This document shows, one piece after another, positions 28,714 through 39,852 of a stretch of 64,000 nt of DNA. Under the pieces are notes generated by a model. That model was not told the origin of the DNA and did no database searches. It saw nothing but the letters and a program-made list of their open reading frames with translations. The stretch's first letter is position 1, and each line of letters begins with the position of its first letter. The DNA lies in assembly GCA_016748015.1 (NCBI GenBank), contig JAAOMT010000607.1:682001-746000 (forward strand), read 5' to 3'. The DNA comes from Geosiphon pyriformis uo1 (taxonomy: Eukaryota > Fungi > Glomeromycota). Made by a program: the position numbers and the translations under genes.

Positions 28714-29786
28714 TAAAAAAACCGATTCAAAGTTAGGAAGAAATGTGACATAACACAGAATAGCACAATAACATTGGATAATGTATTATAACATAGGATA
28801 ACATGTTATAACACAGGATAACACAGAATAATGTGCAATAATATAGGATAATATGTTATAATGCAGGATAACACAGAATAACATGTAATAATGTTAGATA
28901 ACATGTTATAACATAGAATAACTAGCAATAACATAGAAAAATAAAGCAATAACAGAAATAACAAAGCAATAGCTAGCAATAGCGAGACAATTGAAAGCAA
29001 TCCTGTAAAACCAAAAGAATATATAAAAACAAGTAGTTGTAGAAATTAGAAAAGACAGACAGACAGATAGATACAAATCTCTAGACAAAAATAAAATATC
29101 CATACCCTTTCATTATTTATTATTCTCCCTATTTTTCATCTTCTGAAATAAACCAATTATTAAAGAAATCAAAGTCATGAATTCATGTTCCCGAACTTTG
29201 TGGAATTTATGTGAATTAACCTTTGTCTCGTACTTTTGTTCTAGAACAGATGCTCTTAGCATAACCACCTCAAATGATCAATAATTTGGACCAATCACTC
29301 TTGATCATGGTGATTGATGATATTAATTTATCTTTTCTTTCTTTTTTTTTCTTTTCTTTTCCTTCTCTTTTCTTTCTTATTTTTTTGTGGAGCAGCAACA
29401 TAGTAAAATCGACTGTCTGGGAATAGACTTCGTAATAGCCTGGTAAAAGAAAAAAGCTCTCTCTAAGTTTTGGATATTAATGTTATCTTGTAAGCTTACC
29501 AGAAGGGCAAAAAGACAACACCAGACCCTAATAACTGTGCTCATTAGCTTGGAGAAGAAAACTCACATTTACAAAAAACATTGCAATTAACGAAAGACAA
29601 ACTCTGTGCCTTATAACAAAAAAACTCAACAGGTAAATTCACATTCAGGAATAGACCTTTAGAGATTGATAATCAAGACTAAGCCAACAGAATTATGCGG
29701 AAGACGCATCATCAATAATTGAAAGCACCAAATATTACTATTTCCCATACCCACCAAGTTTACTCATAATAGTGGCAATCTTAGGA
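28714..29786 (+). mobile_element. LTR-retrotransposon-derived insert (purine tract, LTR-like segment, leader) inside LINE D
   Basis: The LINE reading frame stops at '..LSE' (28713) and resumes at 'STRIDFKKKCW' (29787). The insert has AGGAAGAAA then TGTGAC at 28744, a TATA-like motif at ~29021, and 'tagcctggtaaaa' at ~29436, which is shared with the Gypsy leaders at ~15286 and ~8190. Confidence 0.6.
28749..28940. repeat. Degenerate 10-bp tandem repeat (ATAACA+4 nt units)
   Basis: ataacacaga / ataacatagg / ataacatgtt / ataacacagg ... with 10-bp periodicity. Confidence 0.85.
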
Positions 29787-31220
29787 AGCACCAGAATAGA
29801 CTTCAAAAAAAAATGCTGGATGGAGTGTGAGTTTATTCATAAAACTATTTTGTCAAAAAATCTTTTAGTTACATGAAATAAGGTGAAAGACCATGCTGGT
29901 ATTGTTGGCAACAAGTGTGCTAACTTTTTTGCTGGTGCTGCTACTGGTTCTAGTTTTATTCTTCCTGTCAAAACATCACACCACTTTCTTAGCATAGAAG
30001 GCAGACCTCTTTCTGGCAATGCTTATCACATGGCCAGAAGACTTTATGAAGCTGTCAATCTTGTTAGATAGGAATTCAGATACACAAATAGTGTGGTTGA
30101 TGAATCTTTCAGCAGCCTGATAGACAAGTATAATACTTTCAACATATGGCATGCAGATGGTTTGGTTACACAAATTCTGCTTCTGTAATGCTCCATTTAT
30201 ACTTTATGAAGGCCTTGCACCATCAGTTGCCTATGGCCAAAAGAAAAAAGTTATATAATTCAGGTTATCCTAGTGTGTTGTGTATTCATTGTGGACTTTT
30301 AGAGGATTCAGATCACATATTTGTCTGTGTTTCTGATGTCAACACTCGTAATGACTTAATATTGGAAGCCATCAAAGATTGGATGATTCTGTTGAATGCA
30401 TGTGCCACCTGTGATGTGGTGGTTTGCTTGCTTTGTGAGGCTGTGGACTCAGATCGTCTGTATATATCTTTGTCCAAAGGTTTTGTGTTTAAGGACTAGG
30501 TGGTTAAGGTAAAGCAAATTTTGGAGATTGAGTCAAATAGTGAATTCCTGGTGGTTGATCTGGTTTGTTATTTTGCTGAGAATCACAGATCTAGTATATG
30601 GCTGCTAAAAGCCAAACTAAGAGCTCATTATGAGAAACATGGCCTTTTGCCACACAATAGATCCATTATTCCATTAGTAACTGGTTTGTTTTTGGTTTAG
30701 TCCTATGGCATGATTCATAACTTTGGGATTAAGTTAGGTATATATACATGTTTCAGTCTCTATCTTTATTTAAATAGTATGTGGTTTGGTTTTCTATGTG
30801 ATTTCTCTATGGTTGGTATTCTTGGTGTGTAATGTTGCCTTGACTGATTCAAATAGCTGGTCATGTGTGGAAAATACATAAGTCACACTTAATATAAGAT
30901 CTGGTTTTTATGTAATTAGATAGTGGTTGGACTGCACTTATTAAACCTAATAAAAAAAAAAAATACATAAATTTTAGCTTAAATTATTTAAATTTAAATT
31001 ACTTAAAATTATTATTATTATAGTTTTATATATTTTAATATAATATTTTTTATTATGTTTTAACAAGATGAATAAAATTCGATCAAAACAAAAAACTCTT
31101 TCTTTCATTGATCCCCTGGTCACAACGAGAGCTTTGAGTCATCATTGAAATAGCCTTCTTTTTCCCTTTCCCTTTCACCTCTCTCCAGTTATTTCTTCAG
31201 ACATTCCCCTTTTTGTGGCT

Positions 31221-33175
31221 ATGGAACCGGTGGGCATTGCTGCTGGTGGTTTTGGGTCCATTTCAGCTGGGTTGGGGACCCAGTCTGGTGTCAAAAATAA
31301 GTGTTTGGTTGGTCCTCAATCTTGCGGTGCGTTCTATAAGAAGCCAAGAAACCTGTGGCAGTTGACGGTTTGGTGGAGTCGTCTGCTGGTGTTTCAAACA
31401 TTATGGATGAAAGTGGTGACAGACCTAATATTGGGCGATCGTGGGCTAGTGAGGTTAACAGCGAAGTGGACAGCATAAGTGGCGTTTCGGACTTGGATAA
31501 CTTGGAAAACGTTGTCGCTGAGAAAACTAGCTATGCAGAGTCAGATGCTTCAGGTTTGGACAACGACATGAATGATGCCATGCCTAGGAAGACGCATACT
31601 CGCACCTATGTTTTGAACAGTAAGCCGCCACCTCTTTCTTTCAACATGCTAAGTGATGGTGAAGACACTCTGCCTCTTCCGAGTCCAAAATTTTGTGGGT
31701 CCAATCGCCTTCCTCCAGCTGGGTCACATGCTCTGGAGAAATGGAGTTTTATTTCGTCAAAATTGTTTGCATTGGATATTAAGCTATCTGCCATTCCTGG
31801 CAAAACTACTGGTGATAAATTGGTTTGTGTGAAAAAAATTTTTTATCAGGTTGATGGTTTTGGGGGGGCTTTAACTCCCTCAAAATTTCCTGGAATAATA
31901 AGATCATCATTTACATCTGAAAAAAGTTTGTTTAAGACGAAGGAAATGGCAATCAGTGAAAAAATATTGGTAAATAATAATCTAAGAAAAGTAAACAGCC
32001 ATTCAGATTGGGAGGTGATTGTCAAAGAAATCCCAGTGGATCTTCCCAAATCGGCAATTAAGGCAGTGTTCTCCAGGTTTGGCAAGATTGTTTCAATCAA
32101 AGTGCAGCTTATTGGTCTTTGGCAAAAGGCCCTGGTAGAATATGAATCTTCTGAGATGGCTGATTTGGTCGCAGCTAGATGGTCTGTGCTCATGGAAAAG
32201 GATTCGGTCCGAGTGGCAAAAGCAAATATTGATAAACAAACGTGGGTATCGAGGGATCAGCATCGGGCTTTACTTTATACTCTTCTAGTTGGCACTAATG
32301 CTCATGATCTCTCCAATTTGTTGGAATCATATGGTGAAAAGACTTGTTATATCGGCCGTAACCCTAGTTCATATGTTCGTGATAGATGTGCTGTAATTTG
32401 TTTTGGTGATGAGGCATCCAAATTGGCTGCTATTGGTACCGTTCCAGTTTTCAGGAATGTGAGTTTGCGTTGGGCTGGTCTTTCTTTGGCCAGTTGTGCT
32501 CGTTGTAAACAATTTGGTCATGTTTCGGTCAATTGTTCCTTGGGTATGTATTCTGGTGTTCGAAGAAGAAGGGTGGTTTCTGAGCAAGATCGGGTTCATC
32601 TAGCTGGGATATATAAGAAGAAGTCGGCCTTTGTCGCTCGTCCAGTTTCTTTTGGTGGGAAAACGTGGGCCCAAGTGGCAGGCAGTTCCTCCTCTCGTGT
32701 TGTCTCTTTAGGTGCTCCTGGTGTCAGTTTGGTCTCTGGTTTGATGGCTTTCTCAATGGATTCCTCTTCGTTTAGTGCCGCTGATCTAGGTGGTCGCCTA
32801 GCTGTGCTGGAACGCTCTGTGGAAATTCTCTCAGACCAAGTCTCACTCATTTTAAAGAAGTTAAGTTTCGTTGACTTGGTGCCATTGGCGTCTTCTCCCT
32901 CAGCTCTTTCTTTGGTGTCTCCAACTGCCGTTGTTTCAGATATGGATCCGGGTTTGGAGTTGGATGGCACGTTGTTGTCGTCTGCCTCTTCTTCTCCCAA
33001 TGTTGGTGGGTCGGTTGTTGATTTCAGTCCGAGCAGTTCTAAGGTTTTGACTGCCAAGATTGGCAGTTTGGAATCGAATATGATGGCTCTTGAGGCTTCA
33101 GTTCGCTTGGTCTTGGATAGATTGGATCATCTGCATTCTGGATCAGGTTCGTTGGCTTTTCCTCCATCTCAATGA
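31221..33175 (+). pseudogene. LINE E ORF1 (disordered N-terminus, RRM-like domains, CCHC knuckle, C-terminal coiled coils); one frameshift at ~31345
   Basis: ORFs 31215-31478 and 31355-33175; 'VIVKEIPVDLPKSAIKAVFSRFGKI', 'CARCKQFGHVSVNC', 'LAVLERSVEILSDQV'. Confidence 0.88.
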
Positions 33176-36100
33176 GTAGTTTGGTTTGGAAATTTGCTAC
33201 GTGCAATGTTCGGGGTATCAATGTTTCTGTGAAACAAGCGGATGTTGTTCGTTGGCATGTGAACTCGGGAAATATGGTTTTTTTTATCACTGAGACTAAG
33301 TTGAGGTCCTCTTTTGGGCCATGGATAAAGGATAAGTTTGATGGAGTGCGAGTATTTTCTTCTGGCTTGAATAAGGGTTTCATGGGTGCTGGGGTTGCGA
33401 TTGTTATGAACACTTCTTTGGCCCGTCATGTATCTAAGGTGGAGGAGATTCCTGGTCAGGTTATTTCTGTTCGGCTCCTGTTTAAGGGCAAGCTCTCAGT
33501 TACTGTTTTGAGGTTGTATGCTGGTGCCTCCTCTGGGGCTAGATTTGGTCAGGCTTTTGAAGTTAACACCCTCATTGCAAAGGCGGTCAATTTCAGCAAT
33601 TTTGTTGTCTTGGGTGGGGACCTTAATAAGAATGGATCTGGTAGAAGTGCTAGTTTCAAGTTTTGTTTGAGTTTGGGTTTGGTCAATTCATTTGTTGGTC
33701 ATCATTTGGCTAATTCTTATACGTGGAGCAATTCGAGAGGGGTTGGGAAAACGATTGATTACATTTTTGTTGGTGGTAATTTGTCTTCTGCTGTTGCTGG
33801 TCATCAAGTTGTCTCTGTTTCGGATTTCTTTGACACCGATCACAAGGCAGTTGTGGTTTCAGTCGGTTTGGGTGGGCTTTTAGATATATAATTGAACAGT
33901 TTGCACAAGCAGGCAAATAAGGATCGTTGGAAGTTCAAAATCAGGAATGCTGACTGTGTTGGATGGGCTAAGTTTAAGGATCTCTTGTTAGCTAAACTTT
34001 TGTCTTTGGGTGAGGTGTTCTCTGGTGCCGAAATACGTGGTGATGTGAATGCTATGTGGGCAGTTCTGGTGGAAGCTGTGGTGGATTCTGCTAATGTGAC
34101 ATTTTCGAGGCATTGGTTTAGTAAATTCAAGTGTTTGAGAAACAAACATTCTTCTAGGTTTTTTGGTCTGGAATTGTTGGTGGCCAAGATTGTCAAGAAA
34201 TTTTGCTCTGGTGACTTGCTGGGCACTGATCGTCTTGTGAGTAAATGGTTGACTCTAGATGACGCGAAGGCTCATGCTTTCAAGGATTTGGTTGGCTCGG
34301 GTGTTAAATCTGATGTTGTTGTTAGGCATTTGTTATTGGTTCATAGAGATTACAGGAGGTCGAAGATGTTTGAGTCAAAGTTGGCTGAGGAAGCTTCGGT
34401 TAGGAAGGCAATTGAGAAGCGCATGGATAATTTCTGTTCGGATAAGGGTAGTATGATCAGGAGTGTGTTGGAAAAGCCTTTTCACAAGGTTGTGTTGGAT
34501 CACTTGATAGTTGATGATAATCTGGTTTTGTTGCCTGAAGAGGTGAAGTCCAGTGTGGATGGAATAATGGAGGGGTGGACGAGGAAATGCTCTGTGCAGT
34601 CAGTGCTTCCTGATCTTTGGGCTCGTCAGTACGCACCTTTGGACTATGTTAGGGATGATGCTTTTTCAGGTGTTATGAGTGCAATCAGTATGGGTGAGTT
34701 ACTTTCTGTTGTTGGTGGTCTTTCTGATGGCAAGGCTGCTGGTTTGTCTGGTGTTCCTAATGAATTATGGAAACATGGTGGTGAGGTAGTTTTGGGGTGC
34801 CTGCTGGCGCTGTTTAATAAATGTTTATTGGGTGGTATGGTGCCTGTTTTGTGGAAGAGGGCTTGGGTGTCTATGATTCCTAAGTCTTATGACTGGGATG
34901 GAGTTCTTACGAACACTCAGCCCATTGCTTTGATTGAGACTGCCAGAAAGATTCTTTCTAAGATTCTGTCTGACCGTATTTCAATGGCTTGTAGCAAGTT
35001 CAATGTTCTTCAGGGTGACAACTTTTCGGTGCTGAAGGGTACGTCAACACAATCTCCAGTGTTTGCTGTCAGTTTGGTAATTGAGGATGCCATTGAGAAG
35101 GATAGGGAGTTATGGTTGGTCTTGCAAGATATGCGGAAAGCTTACAATTCAGTTGGGTGGCATCATTTAAAAGCTAGTTTGCGGCATGTCAAGATGTGTG
35201 AGAGGTTCATAAGATTTTTTGGTGGTATTCATGAGAATAGAGTTAATAGGGTGATGACTGACTTTGGTTTGTCTGGTGGTTATAAGGTGCATGATGGGCT
35301 GGACCAGAGTGAGGTCTTTTCGCCACTTCTTTGGAGGATTTTTTACAATCCGCTTTTGTGTGAGGTTAAAAGACACGAACAATTGTGTGAGTACCAGATT
35401 GATACTAAGTTTGTTTTGAAATCTGGCAGGATTGAGAGCAGTAGTGGTTTGACATCGTATTTTTCGGCTGGTGCGTTTGTCGATAATACGATCTGGGTTG
35501 GAAATTGTCAGGCTTCTACTCAATATGCTCTGAACATTGCCAGTGAATTTTTTGTGATCAATGACATTTCTATTAATAGTGAGAAGATGGTGGCTATTCC
35601 CATCAATCAGGGCGTTAAAGTTGCTTCACTAAACATTTGTGGTCAGCCAATCTCTATTGCCAAGAAAGGGGAAGCACATCGGTATCTGGGTATTTTTCTG
35701 TCGACTGAGGGGCTCTCTAAGCCGAGTGTTGCCAAGGCTCATGCGGATGTACATTTCTTTGTCAATGTTGTGCTTAAGAAGGCTATTATGGACAAACAAT
35801 TCTCGTATCTGGTGTCAGCTGTTTTGCAGCCTATTGTTAGCTATCATACTCAGTTCAGTTTTGTCTCATTTAATGTTTGTCGCAAGTGGGATGTCTTGGT
35901 TAGAAAGAGTCTTAGGTCTAAGGCTTGTCTCCTCCATGATTTTCCTAATGCTGCTTTGCATCATCCCTCATTGTATGGCCTAAAGCCTTTTGAGCAGGTG
36001 CAGTCTGAAGGAAAGGTTGCTGCTTTGATGGCATTCTCTAATGCTTTTGGCATTCTTGGGCGTTTGTTTAGACATAGGTTTTTGGACCTACAGATTCTTG

Positions 36101-37857
36101 ATTGGGCTCCTTTGGATCTTTTGCAGTTTCCAGTCAGGTTGCGTATTAGTCCGGTGAACAATTTTTTGGCTGGGATGGTGAAGATCTTTCTGGGCAATGA
36201 GCTTACTTTGGTGAACAACCTTCCCACTGCATTTCGTAGTCCTGGTCGGTTCCCGTTGTCCTCTGTTCTTGGAAAGTCTCTGTATTTTGATTCGGTCAAA
36301 TCTCTTAAGCATTTTGGTGTCGCTTTTGGTGATCGGCTTTTTGATAAGAAAGGTGTTTTGTTGGATTGGAAAACTTTTTGTCATTGGAAGAGGTTGGATC
36401 CACGTGGTCCTGTGCCTCATTGGTTCATGGTTTCTTCTGAGTTTTTGAAAGGTCAGAGTTACTCATTTTCTGGTTCTGTTGGCTCAGCAGAGAAGCTTGG
36501 TTTGGACATTTTGGGGTCTGGGGAATTTTCTGCGGTTAAAGATGGATTGCATGACATTTGGTCAGACTCTTTTGAAGTTTTCACGGATGAGTCTTTGAGG
36601 AATGCAGGCTTTGCTGAGGTCGCCTGTGGTGCTGTTGCATACTTTTCGGTCTTGGATATGAGTATTGGTGTCACTGTTCGTGGTCTTTTGTCATCTACTA
36701 TGGCCGAGTTACAGACTGTCGCTTTGGCTTTGGAGTGTGTTCCTTCTTCAAGTACTGTGGTGTTGCGTCTTGACAGCCAGGCTGCCATTGACGCATGTGT
36801 GTCTAAGATGTCTTTGGTTGCTCCTGATTTCCGTAATCAATGCTGGCTGGAAAGGCGTCATATTTTCAATTTGGTCAGGAATAAGGATCTTAGTGTGAGT
36901 TGGGTTAAGGTAAAAGGACACTCTGGGATTTCTGGTAATGTGAGAGCTGACTTGGCTGCTGGGGCTGCCTCTGGGTCTTTTTTTTCCCTTTGTGCCAATG
37001 TGCGTGAACATTTTTTGGTTGCTAAGGGTGTCGCTGTTTCTGGTAATGCCCGTCATTTTGTCAGAAATATTTTTCGATCAATTCGTTGTGCTCGTTGAGA
37101 AGCTGGGCCTGGTTGTGATATAGTTCCGGATGTGATGGTTGGTTGCATAGACTGGGTTGTCACGGTGAAGGTGTGGCATCCTAATTCTCATATGCTTGTT
37201 GGTTTCACTAGCCGTGCATTCTCATCACTTCGCACTTATGTTATGAAGACTGTGCACAGGAGGTTGCCGGTGGCCATTAGGAAGAGATTGTATGATAAAT
37301 GCTATCCTAGTGTGTTGTGTTTGCTTTGCGGTGAGGTGGAGTTCTCTGACCACATTTTTACTTGTGTTCATGAGTCTGGCATTCGTGGTGAAATTTTGGC
37401 GGAGGCTTCTGCTCATTGGTCAGCTTTGTCTGGTGGTTCCTCTGCTTCTGCTGTGTTGTGGGTTTTGTCTCAATGTTCCATTGATGTTGGGCTGTACACT
37501 TTGGTGTGCAAAGGGTTTGTGCTGGAGGAGTGGTATGAGGAGGCTTGCGATGTTTTTGAGGATAGAAAGGTGGCCACTGCTAGGATTGTTGATTATGTCA
37601 GGTTCGTTGTTGGTTTACATCGTACTAAGGTATGGTTGGCTAGAGCCAGCCACCGGGTAGTAATGGAGAAGGCTGGTCTGGTCTGTGATGTTGGTGTTGT
37701 TTCTGGGCTCCCTTGTGGTGTGTCTTCAGTTTTATCTGACGGTGTTGTGAGATTGCTTGGTTTGGCCAATTCCTTTGCTGTTAGCTTTGGTCGTCGGAAG
37801 TCTTTTTGTTTCTTTTCTGGTCTGGGTGGCAGTGTGCAGGTAGTTATAAATGTGTAG
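33172..37857 (+). pseudogene. LINE E ORF2 (APE endonuclease, RT, RNase H, C-terminal CCHC), 1561 codons with two in-frame stops (33889, 37096)
   Basis: APE motifs ATCNVRG, ETKL, GGDLN, TIDYIF, TDH. RT motifs PIALIET, KAYNSV, GLDQSEVFSPLL, AFVDNT, YLGI. RNase H motifs TDES, ELQ, DSQ, KVKGH, GN..AD. Zn finger CLLC..E..DH..TC. Confidence 0.95.
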
Positions 37858-39022
37858 TATTGCCTTGTCTGGCCTGAGTGGCTAGCCACATGTAGAAAGT
37901 GCGTGAGTCGCGTTTAGTTTGAGCCTCTTAGTTTGGTTCTATGTACTAGATAGTGATTGGGCTACACTCGTTAAATGCGTTAAATAAAAAATAATTTTAA
38001 CAAGATATAATTTATTTACTAATTAAAAAAAAATTCTAAAATTTCAAAAATATTTATAATTATATGTTTTTACATATAATTAACTATTTAAATTGATTTA
38101 AAACAAACCAAATTGAATTTATAAAAGCAAATTTGTTTAAAAAAAATATTTTATACATATTTATAATTAAATTATTACTAATAAAAACCAAATTAATTAA
38201 TTATATAACAATTTTATTTATAAAAAAGTTTAAACAATTATTAAGTTAATAATTTTTTAATTAATATAGTACTTTTAAAAAATATTAACAAAATAATTTT
38301 TATAACACATAATTCTTATTATAATTTGATTAACTATTATTAAAACATTTTAAGCAATAATTTATATATATATATTTTTTATATTACTATTTTTATTTTT
38401 AAAACAAAATTATTTTAATCAATAATATGTTTTATTTCTTGTAATATAAAATAATCCTGTAAAATTTAATTGTAAAATTTCTAAGAAATGTTAACAATAA
38501 AATTATTAAAATATCTTAAAAAACCAATATTTTTTTTGTTTTTGTGAATAATATATAAAACAACTTTATAAAAATAGTCAAATTTAAGCAATTTATTATT
38601 TAAGTAATTTACAAAAAACTTTATCAAAAATATATTATTAAATTAAAAAAATTGTAAATTAAAACTATTTTACTATAGCAATTAAAATTAAGATACAATT
38701 TATAAAAACATATATTTTAAAATTAAAATAAATAAACAGACTATTTATAATAAACTTTATAAGCTTAATTATATAGCTGTTTTATTAAAACATGTATTTT
38801 TATTTATTAAATAAGCCAAATAAAACCAATTAGTATAGATTTAAAAACATTTTAATTATAATTAATACAAAATAATATTTTTAGATAAAACAATTTTATA
38901 AATGTTTTAAAATATTTGTTTAACTTGGTTTTATTTAAATAAATTTATTGTATTAATAGTAAAACTTTTATTTAAACTTTATATATAAAAAATAATTTGT
39001 ACATATAAAAAAATTAAAATAT

Positions 39023-39852
39023 TGTTACAATTCAAAAATTTAGCAAAAAAATTATAAAATAATATAAATTATTCAATTATAATATACATAATAATAATTT
39101 TATAAAAATAATAATTAACATAGTAATAAATATTTCATAATAATAACAAATATTAATTTACAACAATAGCTAATACTAATTGATAATAATAGTAAATATT
39201 AAGTTAAGATATTAAAAAAAAGTATTATAATATGTTTTTTTATAAAACTATAAATATATATATATAATAGCTTTAATATTAAGAAAAACAACAAGTTATT
39301 AAACAATTTATTCAATAATTCTACTTTAATTATCTTTTAATTTATATTTTTAAAATAAATATTCACAAAAATTTTTAATCAAAAAAAATATTAAAATATT
39401 AAAATTAAATTATTACAATTTAAAATATTAAGAAACTTATTTGTATTATTTATTAAATAAAATTATTATTCATTAAATAAATTTTTTGAAAGAATAATCT
39501 CTAATTAAAATTATTTATATTGTTATTAATTGATAAAAACTTTATTGTAAAAATTAAAAAAAGTGCTAAAAACTATGTTTTTAGATTAAAAAAACACAAT
39601 AAACAATTGCAAAAATAGCTTCAGAAAAAATCTCAAACAGTAAGTAAATTTCAGTTTAGTCTTTAAAAAAAATATATAAATATATATAACAATAAAAATT
39701 AAGAAATAACTTATATTATAATATCAAAAAAAAATTTTTAGTATAAATATTATTATTATTATACAAATAGAATTAAGAAATTTATAAGAGACTAATTACA
39801 ATTAAATTAAAATATTAACAAATAAAATAACCAAGAAAACTATTTTATAATA
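39023..39852. repeat. Solo LTR 1 (830 bp)
   Basis: Starts TGTTACA and ends TATAATA (decayed TAACA). Collinear with 43564-44986. Flanked by ATAT/ATAT. Confidence 0.75.

Larger units (their letters stand above)
25082..30832 (+). pseudogene. LINE copy D ORF2 (APE-RT-RNase H-Zn finger), many stops and frameshifts
   Basis: ORF fragments from 25315 to 30700 are collinear with ORF2 of copy E. Confidence 0.9.
23095..30963 (+). mobile_element. Full-length but degenerate LINE (copy D), with a ~1.07-kb insertion in RNase H
   Basis: 5' motif AAAAAACTTCTTTC, ORF1 fragments from ~23200 to 25085, ORF2 from 25082 to 30832 (MSDLIWKFAMCNIRG, GAFVDDTI), 3' tail and A-run. Confidence 0.92.
31070..37994 (+). 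mobile_element. Near-intact full-length LINE (copy E)
   Basis: ORF1, ORF2, conserved tail and A-rich end. Flanked by a candidate 12-bp TSD TTTTAACAAGAT (31058-31069, 37995-38006). Confidence 0.95.

Noticed and set aside
28806-29103. Hydrophobic minus-strand ORFs as membrane proteins
   Set aside because: They are translations of the 10-bp tandem repeat.
31070-31220. HDV-like self-cleaving ribozyme in the LINE 5' UTR
   Set aside because: I could not build the nested double pseudoknot by eye. A descriptor search (RNArobo/Infernal) would be needed.
33889-33891. Programmed stop-codon readthrough or an alternative genetic code in ORF2
   Set aside because: Stops fall at different positions in each copy and are single C>T/G>A changes from Gln, Trp or Arg codons.
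31291-37889. Numerous antisense and alternate-frame ORFs over LINE copies (also 55.5-61.8 kb and 19.4-22.1 kb)
   Set aside because: They are shadows of GC-richer LINE coding sequence, with no motifs and no conservation of start or stop between copies.
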